NCBI GenBank assembly: GCA_047517965.1
Contig: JAKZRU010000058.1
Location: 4,512 to 68,511 of the forward strand
Direction of reading: 5' to 3'
From: Gammaproteobacteria bacterium
Lineage (GTDB): Bacteria > Pseudomonadota > Gammaproteobacteria > Arenicellales > JAJDZL01
DNA: 64,000 nt
In this document: piece after piece, positions 40,503-50,267 of the stretch
Layout: each line of letters begins with the position of its first letter
How positions within the stretch are numbered: position 1 is the first letter of the stretch
Position numbers and translations under genes: made by a program
The notes under the pieces: model-generated
Databases searched by the model: none
What the model saw: the letters and a program-made list of their open reading frames with translations, nothing else
What the model was told of the DNA's origin: nothing

Positions 40503-41711
40503 ATGCAGACAGAACTAGCCGATTTCATCCGTGAAACACCGAAAGGACAAGTCGCAGATTCGATTCTGCGAAAGTGTGTTCATTGCGGCTTTTGCTCCGC
40601 TACATGCCCGACATACCAGTTGCTTGGCAATGAACTGGATGGTCCACGAGGGCGTATTTATCTCATCAAGCAGGTTTTGGAAGGCTTTGAACCTACTCAG
40701 CGTACTCAACTGCACCTGGATCGGTGTCTGACTTGCAGATCGTGCGAGACAACCTGTCCTTCCGGAGTTCGCTACGGAGAATTGTTGGAAATCGGACGGG
40801 AAGTTGTAGAACAGCGTGTACCGCGTACATTTTCAGAACGATTGGTCAGAAAATCAATCCTTCTGATTGTGCCGAATGAGTTGCTGACACGAATATCACT
40901 GTGTCTGGCACGTTTTTTTCAATCATTGTTGCCGGCGGCCTTCGGCAAGAAAATTCCACCGAAGGAAAAAAGCAAAGCTTGGCCAAAAGCCATGCACAGC
41001 CGAAAAATGATCATTCATCAGGGTTGCATCCAAAGAGTCACAAAGCCGGCTATCAACGCGGCGGCGGCTCGCTATTTGAACGACCAGTCAATTTCTGCGA
41101 TTCGTACGAATGATGCATGTTGTGGCGCATTGGGCCTGCATCTGGGCAATCGCGACTTTTTTACCAGGCAAGCTCGAAAAAACATCGATGCATGGTGGCC
41201 GCATATACAAAATGGAGCGGAAGCGATTGTTTCGACCGCAAGCGGATGTGGCGTGACGATAAAGGAGTACGGCACGTTGTTGAAAGAGGATCAGGATTAC
41301 GCTGAAAAAGCGGATAAAATTGCATCGCTCGCGATCGATATTTCGGAAGTTGAGAGAAGTGCCGAGATACCAAAGACTCTCGACTTGCCCACTAAAGTGG
41401 CGGTTCATTCACCGTGCACACTTCAGCATGGACAGAAAATCGTTAATTCAGTAGAAAAAATTTTGAGTGAATACGGGATTGAAACCACTCAAGTGGAAGA
41501 TGCGCATATGTGCTGTGGGTCCGCTGGAGTTTACTCGGTTCTACAGAGTGAGCTATCAGGTCAGCTATTGAAGAATAAAATTGCCGCGTTGGAACGTGGG
41601 CAACCGGATCAGATTGTAACGGCGAATATCGGGTGTTTGATGCATTTGGCCTCGAGTTCAGCGGTGCCAGTCAAGCATTGGGTTGAAGTTGTTGCCCCCG
41701 CTGACTCGTGA
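40503..41711 (+). CDS. glcF: Glycolate oxidase iron-sulfur subunit GlcF
   Basis: I trimmed the listed ORF (40188, which overlaps glcE) to the ATG at 40503 (MQTELADF...). It has two 4Fe-4S motifs (CVHCGFCSATCP, CLTCRSCETTCP) and two CCG-type repeats (CCGALG, CCGSAG). Confidence 0.85.
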   Translation: MQTELADFIRETPKGQVADSILRKCVHCGFCSATCPTYQLLGNELDGPRGRIYLIKQVLEGFEPTQRTQLHLDRCLTCRSCETTCPSGVRYGELLEIGREVVEQRVPRTFSERLVRKSILLIVPNELLTRISLCLARFFQSLLPAAFGKKIPPKEKSKAWPKAMHSRKMIIHQGCIQRVTKPAINAAAARYLNDQSISAIRTNDACCGALGLHLGNRDFFTRQARKNIDAWWPHIQNGAEAIVSTASGCGVTIKEYGTLLKEDQDYAEKADKIASLAIDISEVERSAEIPKTLDLPTKVAVHSPCTLQHGQKIVNSVEKILSEYGIETTQVEDAHMCCGSAGVYSVLQSELSGQLLKNKIAALERGQPDQIVTANIGCLMHLASSSAVPVKHWVEVVAPADS

Positions 41712-41903
41712 TCGGACCATTCGATAGCTGTGGAGGCTATTTCTGTTCCGGGCGTGCCTCATGACAGATCATGGAGCGCTCCATTTAATCTGTATACTGA
41801 CTGCTTTTTACAAATTGCAGCGAACGCGAAATTTGGAATTTAACTTCAAATCAAGAGTTCATGCCAGATTCAATTGCATTAACTATCGCAACAAATAAGC
41901 ATT

Positions 41904-42686
41904 GTGAAATTAGATCGTTTCAATTGGGCCGATGTCTTCGTACTGGATTGGGAGTTGGCAAAGGAATTTTATTCTGGAGTGTTCGACTGGCATTTCGTTG
42001 ATCAGTTCATTGATGGTGAAATGGTGTACTCACTCGCTTGCCTGGACGAGTCTGCCAATCCATCGGAGACAACCAGCGTAGCAGGCATAGCGCCGAAATT
42101 TGAGCCCCTTGAGGAGGGAATGCCAGGCAATTGGTATTCCTATGTTATTGTTCAAAGTGTTGACAAGGCTGTTGAAAAAACTGTTGAATCTGGCGGTAGG
42201 GTCAGAATGGAACCGATGGATGTCGGACAGGCAGGCAGGATGGCACAGTGCATGGATACGGGAGGCGTCGTCTTTCATTTGTGGCAGCCCATGCAGCATT
42301 CAGGCGCTCGAATCACAAATGTACCTGGTTCGCTGAATTGGTTCGAGCTGACTACCTCCGACATCCAAGCGGCAACCCGCTTCTATAGCTCTGTATTTGG
42401 CTGGGACGTTGAGGAAAGTTCGTCAGGTGACATGCCCTATTCTTTTTTTAAGTTGAATGATGTTCCGGTGTGCAGCGTGCATTCGAGAGTTGAAGAGACG
42501 GCTGGTCAAGAACTGTGGACACCCTATATCAGAGTTGAAAGCGTCGATTACAGTTTGGCCAAGTGCAGTCGTCTCAATGGTTCTGTAGTATTCGGTCCCG
42601 TCGACGAACCCGGCGTCGGTCGTTACGCAGTAATTGCGGACCCAGAAGAAAACATGCTGGGCGTCGCAGAATTTACGCCGCATTAG
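41904..42686 (+). CDS. Two-domain VOC (glyoxalase/bleomycin-resistance/dioxygenase) family protein
   Basis: Two VOC-type repeats start with EFYSGVFDWHF and RFYSSVFGWDV and end with the GR..M (GRMAQCMDTGGVVFHLWQ) and GRYAVIADPEENMLGV patterns. The start is GTG. Confidence 0.7.
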   Translation: MKLDRFNWADVFVLDWELAKEFYSGVFDWHFVDQFIDGEMVYSLACLDESANPSETTSVAGIAPKFEPLEEGMPGNWYSYVIVQSVDKAVEKTVESGGRVRMEPMDVGQAGRMAQCMDTGGVVFHLWQPMQHSGARITNVPGSLNWFELTTSDIQAATRFYSSVFGWDVEESSSGDMPYSFFKLNDVPVCSVHSRVEETAGQELWTPYIRVESVDYSLAKCSRLNGSVVFGPVDEPGVGRYAVIADPEENMLGVAEFTPH

Positions 42687-42714
42687 TTGATTTGGAAAAT
42701 TAGGAAAAATTATT

Positions 42715-43587
42715 TTGAAGTTCACGACGTACAACATTCAGTTTGGACGCGGTCTTGACGGGAAAATAGATCTGGACCGAATTGCCAGAACGGTGCAAGA
42801 TGCCGATGTCATTGCATTGCAGGAGGTTGAACGATTTTTCCCCCGTTCCGGCAACACAGATCAGGTTGAAGAGCTTGCCTACCGATTGAATTTTCACCAC
42901 TGGGTTTATGGTGCAGGGGTGGATATTCATGCGGACAGACTTCTTCCAAATAACAAAATCAGGCATTGCCGACAGCAGTTCGGGAATATGTTGCTGTCGC
43001 GCAGTCCAATACTCACCTCAAGAAATCACTTGTTGCCTAAGGTGGCTTCTACCGGTAGGCCGCTCAGTATTCAACGAAGCGCGCTGGAAGGTGTAATCTC
43101 CATCGGTGGCAAGAAAGTTCGGGTGTATTCGATCCATCTTACTCACATCAGCGCTGAAGTCCGCCTGAAGCAGATCAAAAGAATACTTGAAATCGATCGC
43201 AAAGCGGTGAGAGAGGGTGGTCCGATTTCCGGCGTAGTAAAAGGCACCGATTTTTCCAAACAGTCAGACGCTTCGACATTGCCGCGGGAGTCGATCTTGT
43301 TAGGCGATTTCAATTTCACTCCAGATTCGGTCGAATACAGCCGCATTGTAGGACCAATATCAGATTACGGCGGACGAGTCGTCAGCTCTGAAGGATTTGT
43401 GGATGCCTGGGTCACAGCCGGAAACAGGTCAATGTCGGGAGTAACCGCGGAAAGAGGTGGCAAGGCAGTTCGTATGGATTATTGTTTCGTGCGTCAAACC
43501 CTCAGCGATAAAATTCGTTCAGCAAGAATTGATTCACAGGCAGACGGTTCGGATCATAAACCCATGTCGGTAGTCTTTAATTTCTGA
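42715..43587 (+). CDS. Endonuclease/exonuclease/phosphatase (EEP) family protein
   Basis: TYNIQFG, ALQEVE, IHLTH, LGDFNF and the terminal GSDHKP are the canonical EEP catalytic motifs. The start is TTG. Confidence 0.75.
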   Translation: MKFTTYNIQFGRGLDGKIDLDRIARTVQDADVIALQEVERFFPRSGNTDQVEELAYRLNFHHWVYGAGVDIHADRLLPNNKIRHCRQQFGNMLLSRSPILTSRNHLLPKVASTGRPLSIQRSALEGVISIGGKKVRVYSIHLTHISAEVRLKQIKRILEIDRKAVREGGPISGVVKGTDFSKQSDASTLPRESILLGDFNFTPDSVEYSRIVGPISDYGGRVVSSEGFVDAWVTAGNRSMSGVTAERGGKAVRMDYCFVRQTLSDKIRSARIDSQADGSDHKPMSVVFNF

Positions 43588-43621
43588 TCGTCTCAACAAA
43601 TTTACAGTGTCAAACGGATGC

Positions 43622-46600
43622 TCAAATTCGTTCGCCTTGTTCATCCAATGCAATCGCTTCTTCATTCTTGCGCAATCGTGCCGCAATTCGTTCGTAGAGT
43701 GCCAGTACCGCTGGAATGAAAAACAGCACCAGTACAGTTGAAAACGCAAGCCCGAATATCAGTGTCACAGCCATAGGAATGAGAAACTGTGCCTGAGTCG
43801 ATTTTTCGAATAGTAGCGGCAACAGCCCCACGATTGTAGTCAGACTAGAGAGGACGACAGGCCGTAGTCTCTGGCAACCCGCTTCAACCATTGCTTGCTT
43901 GACCTCCATGCCGGCTTCGCGGTTCTGTTTGTAAAAAATCACCAGTACGATCGCGTTATTTACCACGATTCCAGATAATCCAATCAATCCAAGTATCGTG
44001 ATGATCGTAAATGAGAGCCCTAAAAACAGATGCCCCCAGGCAGCCCCGACGATTCCAAATGGAATTGCGAGTATTACGAATAGAGGCCAACTGTAGGACC
44101 CAAAAATCCACGCCAACGTTAGATAGATTAACGCAAGGGCGATTAACGCACCTGTTTTCATGGACTGCTCGGTTTGTTCCTGGTCGGCTTGACGTGCGCC
44201 AACTGACCAGTTGACGCCAAAATCCTTGGCAATCTTCGGCAGAATTTCAGCTTCCAGTCGATTCAAGATTTCAGCAGTATTTGCGGCTGAACTATCTACG
44301 CTGGCGCTGACTTGAATGGAGAATACACCATCAGAATGACGTAGTACGTCAAATCCTCTGTTGGATTGAATTTCGACAACATCAAGTAAAGGGACTGAAT
44401 CCCCTGATGACAGAATTACATTGACATTCTCGAGTTCACTGAGTTGATGCCTTTCCTCGTCAGGCAGCATCAGATTCACTTCGATATCGTGGTACTGAGC
44501 AGTAAAAGACTGAAGTAGTTCACCTTCAATTGAAGAGCGGAGCTGTCGACTTATTTCAGCGACTGATAGTCCTAGAGCCTGTCCTAGTGACGTCAGCGAC
44601 AAAATCTGCTGCTGACGTCCATAGCTGGTGTCATCTTCAACGGCATAAACGCCTGGAATCTGGTGCAAATGTTCGGTTAAAGCAAGTGCCGCGTCTTTTG
44701 TGGTGTGCTTTGCTGCACTGCTGAACTTGACTTCAATATCTCGTCCGGGAGGCCCTGGGTTTGGACTGATTGTTACCGCAGTTTCAAGCCCGGGTACATT
44801 TTCCAGTTTGTTACGCCAGGTATGGAGAAATTTGGTTGTGCGCACCTCCCGTGTATCCGACTGCACGAGTTCTGCGATAACAGCCCCATTATTTGCACTG
44901 TCAACAGCGGGTGCTTCTGACTCAACGGCAAACTTGGCCCCGTGTATCACTAGAGAAGTAGTAACCAGATTGCCTCCGAGTTCGGCTTCCGTTTCGAATA
45001 GTGCTTCCTCTACGCTTAAGAGGTAGTCATCAACAACTTCTCTTGGCGTACCGGCATTGAAGCTGAGGTTGGTGTACACAAGGTTCAGCTCTGGTGTCGG
45101 AAAGAAACTGTAATGCAATCGCCCCGATCCGAACAGACCTACAGTTAGGATCAATAATGCGAATCCGATGGAAATTGGGATGCCCGGGCTGTCAGTTGCG
45201 AAACTGAGCATGTTGCGGTACCAGCGATCTCGAAAGGTTAAAAACCACCGGTCGACTAAGGGAGCATTTATCGTACTTGATTTTGCTGCAATTTTCTCAA
45301 AACTTAATCGCAAGTGACCGGGCAGTATCAGAAACGCCTCGACCAAAGAAGTGGCAACTACACAGATCACGACGAGTCCGATGTAATACAACACAGCACC
45401 GATAATACCGGACAAGATCATGACAGGCACAAATGCAAATATGGTTGTCAGCGATGCTGCTAGAATAGGTAAAAACAGGCGTTTGGATGCCTTGACTACT
45501 GCATCTACGGGTGATGGATTTTCAGTGAATCTCGTCATTGCTTCTTCACCGACGACAATCGCATCATCCACGACGATTCCGATTGTCATGATGAATCCGA
45601 ACAGCGTAATCATGTTAAGAGTTCCGCCTGTAACATAGAGCAGACTTATGCCGCCCATTAGTGCTACAGGAATTCCGATGGCTACCCAGAAAGCAATTCG
45701 CGTATTCAAGAACAGATATAGTACGGTCAACACGAGAATTAATCCGATGATTCCATTGTTAACCAGTACTTTGATTCGGTCGCGTAGAGCAATGGATTTA
45801 TCATCATAGAGGTTGAGTTCAACGCCTGGTGGTATGAGAGGCCGAGTTTCTTCCAGCCATTCGTACACAATCGCGGCGCTCTTCAGGGTGTCACCTGATT
45901 CCTGTCGGCTAAGCTGTAGCTCAACTGCGGGCTTGTTTTTGTAGCTGAGGAAAACCTGGTCAGACTTTGGTCTTTGTTCTATGGTTGCAATATCGCCAAG
46001 TGTGATCAAGCGCCCATCCGTGTCGGCGATGACTGGTAAATCCTCAAATGCGATCTCATCTCGCCTTTGGTCAAGAATGCGAAGTTGTCTTGCTGCATCA
46101 TTTCGACCGGAAAGGCCAATTGACGTATCTCGAGATTGCGATCGAATTTGCTGCCCGAATTGATTCAGAGACAAGCCCAAATCCCTTTGTACTTGTCTAG
46201 AAATCTGGATGGCGATTTCTTCATTCGGCAAGCCGACAATATTGATCTTCCCAATGCCACGAGATAAAAGAACATCTCGATATTGGTTTGCCAGAACACG
46301 TAGCTGATCCAAAGACTGACCGGTAACGATAATTCTTGCGATCAGTTCATAGCGCCTGACTTGGGATACTTTTGGACGTTTCGCGTTGTCTGGCAGATCT
46401 GAAATGACTAGATCAACCACAGCTTGTGTATCGTCACTCGCGACTCTGATATCCGCTCCCTGCTCAAACTCCAGTAAAATGCGCGAGCCGCCTAAATGGG
46501 AAGTAGAAGTTATATTTTTCAGATGATCGAGATTTTTTAGGTCGAGTTCCAATCGATTCGTGACGGAAATTTCGACGTCCTCAGCAGCAGCCCCAGGCCA

Positions 46601-46759
46601 TTCGGTTGAAACGTTGACGAACTGGAGATTGAAGGCTGGGAAAAACTGAACGTTTATATTCAAAAGGACGTATCCACCAGCAATTAGAATGACCACCATG
46701 AGAATATTCATGGCTACCGGATGTGTAGCGAATATTTCCAGAATGCCCTTTTTTTCCAT
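43622..46759 (-). CDS. RND-family efflux transporter permease (AcrB/HAE type)
   Basis: 1045 aa with a 12-TM layout and two large periplasmic loops. It has typical motifs (GIVVDDAIVVGE, GIVVNNAIVLV). Confidence 0.9.
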   Translation of the reverse strand: MEKKGILEIFATHPVAMNILMVVILIAGGYVLLNINVQFFPAFNLQFVNVSTEWPGAAAEDVEISVTNRLELDLKNLDHLKNITSTSHLGGSRILLEFEQGADIRVASDDTQAVVDLVISDLPDNAKRPKVSQVRRYELIARIIVTGQSLDQLRVLANQYRDVLLSRGIGKINIVGLPNEEIAIQISRQVQRDLGLSLNQFGQQIRSQSRDTSIGLSGRNDAARQLRILDQRRDEIAFEDLPVIADTDGRLITLGDIATIEQRPKSDQVFLSYKNKPAVELQLSRQESGDTLKSAAIVYEWLEETRPLIPPGVELNLYDDKSIALRDRIKVLVNNGIIGLILVLTVLYLFLNTRIAFWVAIGIPVALMGGISLLYVTGGTLNMITLFGFIMTIGIVVDDAIVVGEEAMTRFTENPSPVDAVVKASKRLFLPILAASLTTIFAFVPVMILSGIIGAVLYYIGLVVICVVATSLVEAFLILPGHLRLSFEKIAAKSSTINAPLVDRWFLTFRDRWYRNMLSFATDSPGIPISIGFALLILTVGLFGSGRLHYSFFPTPELNLVYTNLSFNAGTPREVVDDYLLSVEEALFETEAELGGNLVTTSLVIHGAKFAVESEAPAVDSANNGAVIAELVQSDTREVRTTKFLHTWRNKLENVPGLETAVTISPNPGPPGRDIEVKFSSAAKHTTKDAALALTEHLHQIPGVYAVEDDTSYGRQQQILSLTSLGQALGLSVAEISRQLRSSIEGELLQSFTAQYHDIEVNLMLPDEERHQLSELENVNVILSSGDSVPLLDVVEIQSNRGFDVLRHSDGVFSIQVSASVDSSAANTAEILNRLEAEILPKIAKDFGVNWSVGARQADQEQTEQSMKTGALIALALIYLTLAWIFGSYSWPLFVILAIPFGIVGAAWGHLFLGLSFTIITILGLIGLSGIVVNNAIVLVIFYKQNREAGMEVKQAMVEAGCQRLRPVVLSSLTTIVGLLPLLFEKSTQAQFLIPMAVTLIFGLAFSTVLVLFFIPAVLALYERIAARLRKNEEAIALDEQGERI

Positions 46760-46799
46760 ATTTACACGACTGTCGGGCGATCACTCGCCCGGCTAAGTA

Positions 46800-48053
46800 T
46801 CACTGTGAATCAAAGATTTCGACTTTCAAACCATCTACAGCATTGTTCAATTGTGTGGTGACGAGCAAGTCGTCAGCCTCTAGATCAGAACTGGTTGCAA
46901 CGATGTAAGTCTTGTTGTTACGTACTACTTGCCCATGTCTTTTGATTGTCGCCGACTTCAAGGAATCTGAATTCACTTTGAAAACCTGATTGGATCCATA
47001 GACAGCCTGATAAGGTATGGCTGAGGATTCCTCAACAGGGCTTAGTGATAGGAGAACTGTGACGGATCGCCCTAGTTCGGGATACATGGAATTCGAAGAT
47101 ATTCGGAAATAAGCATCCACTCCGCCGTGACCTGAACCTACGGTTGACGCCAATCGGTCCAATTTCAACTGCAGTTGCTCGTCATCAAGTTCAGCGACGG
47201 CTTCAAGTTCAATTTCGCCTGCAATCGACTTGCGCACCTGAGCAAGATGACGAATTGGAACTAAAGTTCGAATTTCTGTTGTGGTGTGGTCGAACATGTC
47301 GACAAGCGGGCTAGCGTTTCTTACATGATTTCCGGCAGCGACATGAACTTCAGTAATTCGACCTGCATATGGAGCGATAATTTCAGCATCTTCCGAATCC
47401 TGCATCGCTTTTTCAAGTGATGCCTGTGCTCTTTGAAGTTCTGCTTCCAGAACGGCTGCTCGACTGTCATATTCTCTGATTGCCGCTTCGCGAGCTGTCA
47501 CTGCAAGGCGTGCTTGCTGTTCGACTCTTTCGGTAACATCAAATTCGGATTGGCTTATTAGATTTCTATTCTTGAGAGTTCTGGATCTTTCCATCGCGTC
47601 TGTGGCAAGTTTGAGCAATCGGTTCTCATGTCGCAGAATTTCCCTATCTGCCGTCACTCTTTGATGCTCTCTTTCAAGCGACGCATCCATTCTTGCGACA
47701 TCGGCTTGCAGCAGACGCAATTGAGTTTGAATGGTTCGTGAATCAAGACGAATCAGCACTTGCCCCGCTTTAACGGTCTGCCCTGTCATGACATTGACTT
47801 CAATAACTTCCGCGTCCAGTATGGAAGTCAGTCGGGAATGAGTAGGAGTGACGACTCGTCCAAACAGTTCGACTGTAGGAATGAGAGTTTCTTTTGTAAT
47901 TTGCTGGGTTTCAATCAGCCATGCACGTTGCTCGGGTAGTTCAAATACAACTTCCGGCTCATCAAGTGCGAGAAGTTTGAATCCGACCACCCCGGCTCCG
48001 ACTATCGCCATTGGCAAAAGTAGTCGAATGAATAGTTTGTGCAGTTTGGACAA
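46800..48053 (-). CDS. RND efflux periplasmic adaptor (membrane fusion protein, HlyD family)
   Basis: N-terminal TM anchor, a lipoyl-like region (VKAGQVLIRLD), a long coiled coil and a beta-barrel region (APYAGRITEVHVAAGNHV). It lies upstream of the RND permease. The start is TTG and is uncertain. Confidence 0.85.
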   Translation of the reverse strand: MSKLHKLFIRLLLPMAIVGAGVVGFKLLALDEPEVVFELPEQRAWLIETQQITKETLIPTVELFGRVVTPTHSRLTSILDAEVIEVNVMTGQTVKAGQVLIRLDSRTIQTQLRLLQADVARMDASLEREHQRVTADREILRHENRLLKLATDAMERSRTLKNRNLISQSEFDVTERVEQQARLAVTAREAAIREYDSRAAVLEAELQRAQASLEKAMQDSEDAEIIAPYAGRITEVHVAAGNHVRNASPLVDMFDHTTTEIRTLVPIRHLAQVRKSIAGEIELEAVAELDDEQLQLKLDRLASTVGSGHGGVDAYFRISSNSMYPELGRSVTVLLSLSPVEESSAIPYQAVYGSNQVFKVNSDSLKSATIKRHGQVVRNNKTYIVATSSDLEADDLLVTTQLNNAVDGLKVEIFDSQ

Positions 48054-48495
48054 TTTAATTTATCAGCGCCTGATCATTCAGGAATAGCTGAATTCCAGTG
48101 ATGCTGGATTAATTTCATATAGGCGTTCATTTTATAACAGTGATGAACTTTACTCACCCACTCGCACTATTTAACAGAACCGGCAAAGTATTCGATTGGC
48201 GGTTTTGGAGTGGGATCACTTACGCTTGGGACATCTGGAGTTGCATTGAGAGCCGGTGCGCTCATCGGGCAGAGTTTGCTGCCAATTCTGTGTTGCAGAA
48301 AGGAAAATTCATTAGGTTGTTGGAATCAATCAGATACTTGAATATGTATATGGTTAAGTATATAAACCTCACCAATTCAATATCCGATATTGATGGAACC
48401 GAACTCCGGAATATTTCAAGAAATTCAGATGGATTCGATTCTAATCGTACCAGCAACTGATAAATCATTAACCCAATGCACTGAGAATTCACATT

Positions 48496-49779
48496 ATGGA
48501 TGAACGTAAAGTAATCGCTTTTTTTCCAGAAGGCGCATTTGGACCGGCATTGAATTCCGTAGGAATTGCACAGGCTTGCACAGACCGGGGCTATCGGTGC
48601 GTGTTCCTGTCGGATCCAGGATTTGCAGAAGTTTTCGAAGATTACGGCTTTGAAGTGAGAATCGTCAATCTGTCAGAACCCATGTCACCCGAAGAGATGG
48701 CCAAGTATTGGTCAAGTTTCATTAATGGACATATTCCGAATTTCAACCTTTCACCGTACGAGCAGATCGACAATTATGTGAAAGAGTGCTGGGAAGCCAT
48801 TGTCGATACTTCAAAATGGGCGGAAAAAGATTTACCGGATGTACTGGATGAACTGAAGCCGGACTTGATCTGCATCGATAATGTAATTCTGTTTCCAGCC
48901 GTCAAAAGATACGGTGTGCCGTGGATTCGAATCATTTCCTGCAGCGAAAACGAAATCGCCGATCCATGGATCCCGCCGCATCTATCAGGATGCGGGGAAA
49001 ATGATCGCGAGGGTTTTGAAGCCTATCAAAGCCATTTCAACCAAGTTATCCAGCCCATTCACGATGACTTCAATGCATTTCTCGAGACTTGCAGCGAGTC
49101 GCCATATCCGATTGGTGAATTTTTTGAACCCTCGCCGTACATGAATCTTCTGCTCTATCCAGAGCCGCTTCAATACTTGAGAAAGAATTCGCTGGATCCA
49201 CAGCAGTATCAATATCTGGAAGGCTGCGTACGTTCAGAAAAAGAGTATGAAGTACCTGATTTCGGAAGCAGGAACGAATCGCCGTTGATCTATCTCAGCT
49301 TCGGGTCACTGGGGTCGGGTGATACCGATTTGCTGAAACGCATGATTGATGTTTTGGAAAAACAGGATTATCGAGTGTTGGTCAATGTCGGAGACTATGA
49401 AGAGCAATACGACTCGATTCCGGACAATGTTCGAATTGCGTCATGGTATCCCCAACCTTCGGTCATTAGACAGTCGGATGCGGTGATTCATCATGGTGGT
49501 AACAATAGCTTTACCGAGTGTCTTTATTTTGGAAAGCCGGCATTGATCATGCCTTATGTGTGGGATGGTCATGACAACGCCACCAGAGTTGAGGAAACCG
49601 GTCATGGCCTTAAATTGCATCGATCCAACTGGAGCGACGAACAGTTTATTTCAGCCTTGGAAACTCTGTTGACAGATAACGAGATGCACGCTCGGCTGAA
49701 GCGCACCAGCACTCACATGAAAGCCGCCGACGGGCGACAGAAAGCCGCCGAAATTATCGAGGAATTGATCAATTCGTAA
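48496..49779 (+). CDS. GT1-family glycosyltransferase (MGT/UDP-glycosyltransferase-like)
   Basis: GAFGPALNSVGIA (N-terminal acceptor domain) and the C-terminal nucleotide-sugar signature WYPQPSVIRQSDAVIHHGGNNSFTECLYFGKPALIMPYVWDGHDNA. Confidence 0.8.
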   Translation: MDERKVIAFFPEGAFGPALNSVGIAQACTDRGYRCVFLSDPGFAEVFEDYGFEVRIVNLSEPMSPEEMAKYWSSFINGHIPNFNLSPYEQIDNYVKECWEAIVDTSKWAEKDLPDVLDELKPDLICIDNVILFPAVKRYGVPWIRIISCSENEIADPWIPPHLSGCGENDREGFEAYQSHFNQVIQPIHDDFNAFLETCSESPYPIGEFFEPSPYMNLLLYPEPLQYLRKNSLDPQQYQYLEGCVRSEKEYEVPDFGSRNESPLIYLSFGSLGSGDTDLLKRMIDVLEKQDYRVLVNVGDYEEQYDSIPDNVRIASWYPQPSVIRQSDAVIHHGGNNSFTECLYFGKPALIMPYVWDGHDNATRVEETGHGLKLHRSNWSDEQFISALETLLTDNEMHARLKRTSTHMKAADGRQKAAEIIEELINS

Positions 49780-49832
49780 ATTACCGGTAATTTGGCTGCG
49801 CGCTGGCAATCTGGAATGATGTTTTTAATTCG

Positions 49833-50156
49833 TCAAATCTGAATATAAACTTTATCCTCGTCAACTTGGACTGGATAAGTCTTCAAATCCTCTTCGGCCG
49901 GATCTTCAACGACGGCACCGGTTGTAATGTTAAATTCAGCGAGATGAAGTGGGCAGACAATGCGGTCTTCCTCAACGTAACCGTCTGAAAGACAGGCGTA
50001 TTCGTGTGTGCAAATATTATCGATCGCGTAGATTTCACCATCCATCAGGATGAGTGCGATTTCTTCTCCTGCGACATCAACTGGGTAGGGCACACGATCT
50101 TCCAGTTCAGACACACTTGCGACACAGTGACTGTTTTCCAAGTTGAAATCATTCAT
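49833..50156 (-). CDS. Rieske [2Fe-2S] ferredoxin-type protein
   Basis: 107 aa with the motifs CTHEYACLSDG and CPLHLAEF (CxH...CxxH). Confidence 0.85.
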   Translation of the reverse strand: MNDFNLENSHCVASVSELEDRVPYPVDVAGEEIALILMDGEIYAIDNICTHEYACLSDGYVEEDRIVCPLHLAEFNITTGAVVEDPAEEDLKTYPVQVDEDKVYIQI

Positions 50157-50267
50157 AATTGAATTTTCCTATTTCATCGGTTGAATGACATTGCCAATCA
50201 GCCAATAATGATGTCGTTTCATGATGCCGATTGAGTTTCTACAAATTATAAGGGATTTGCAGTTGAC

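Noticed and set aside
41771-41784. Perfect 14-bp palindrome ATGGAGCGCTCCAT about 60 nt after glcF. A similar small hairpin, TTACCCT-7 nt-AGGGTAA, lies at 19761-19781 between gltA and the MATE gene.
   Set aside because: Both are short, lack T-tracts and are not repeated elsewhere in the window. They may be weak terminators or chance palindromes, and the evidence is too weak to annotate them.
48140-48460. 106-aa plus-strand ORF and 76-aa minus-strand ORF in the RND/GT1 divergent spacer
   Set aside because: Both lie in an AT-rich promoter-type region. The translations have no recognisable features or TM/HTH pattern. They cannot be supported from sequence alone.
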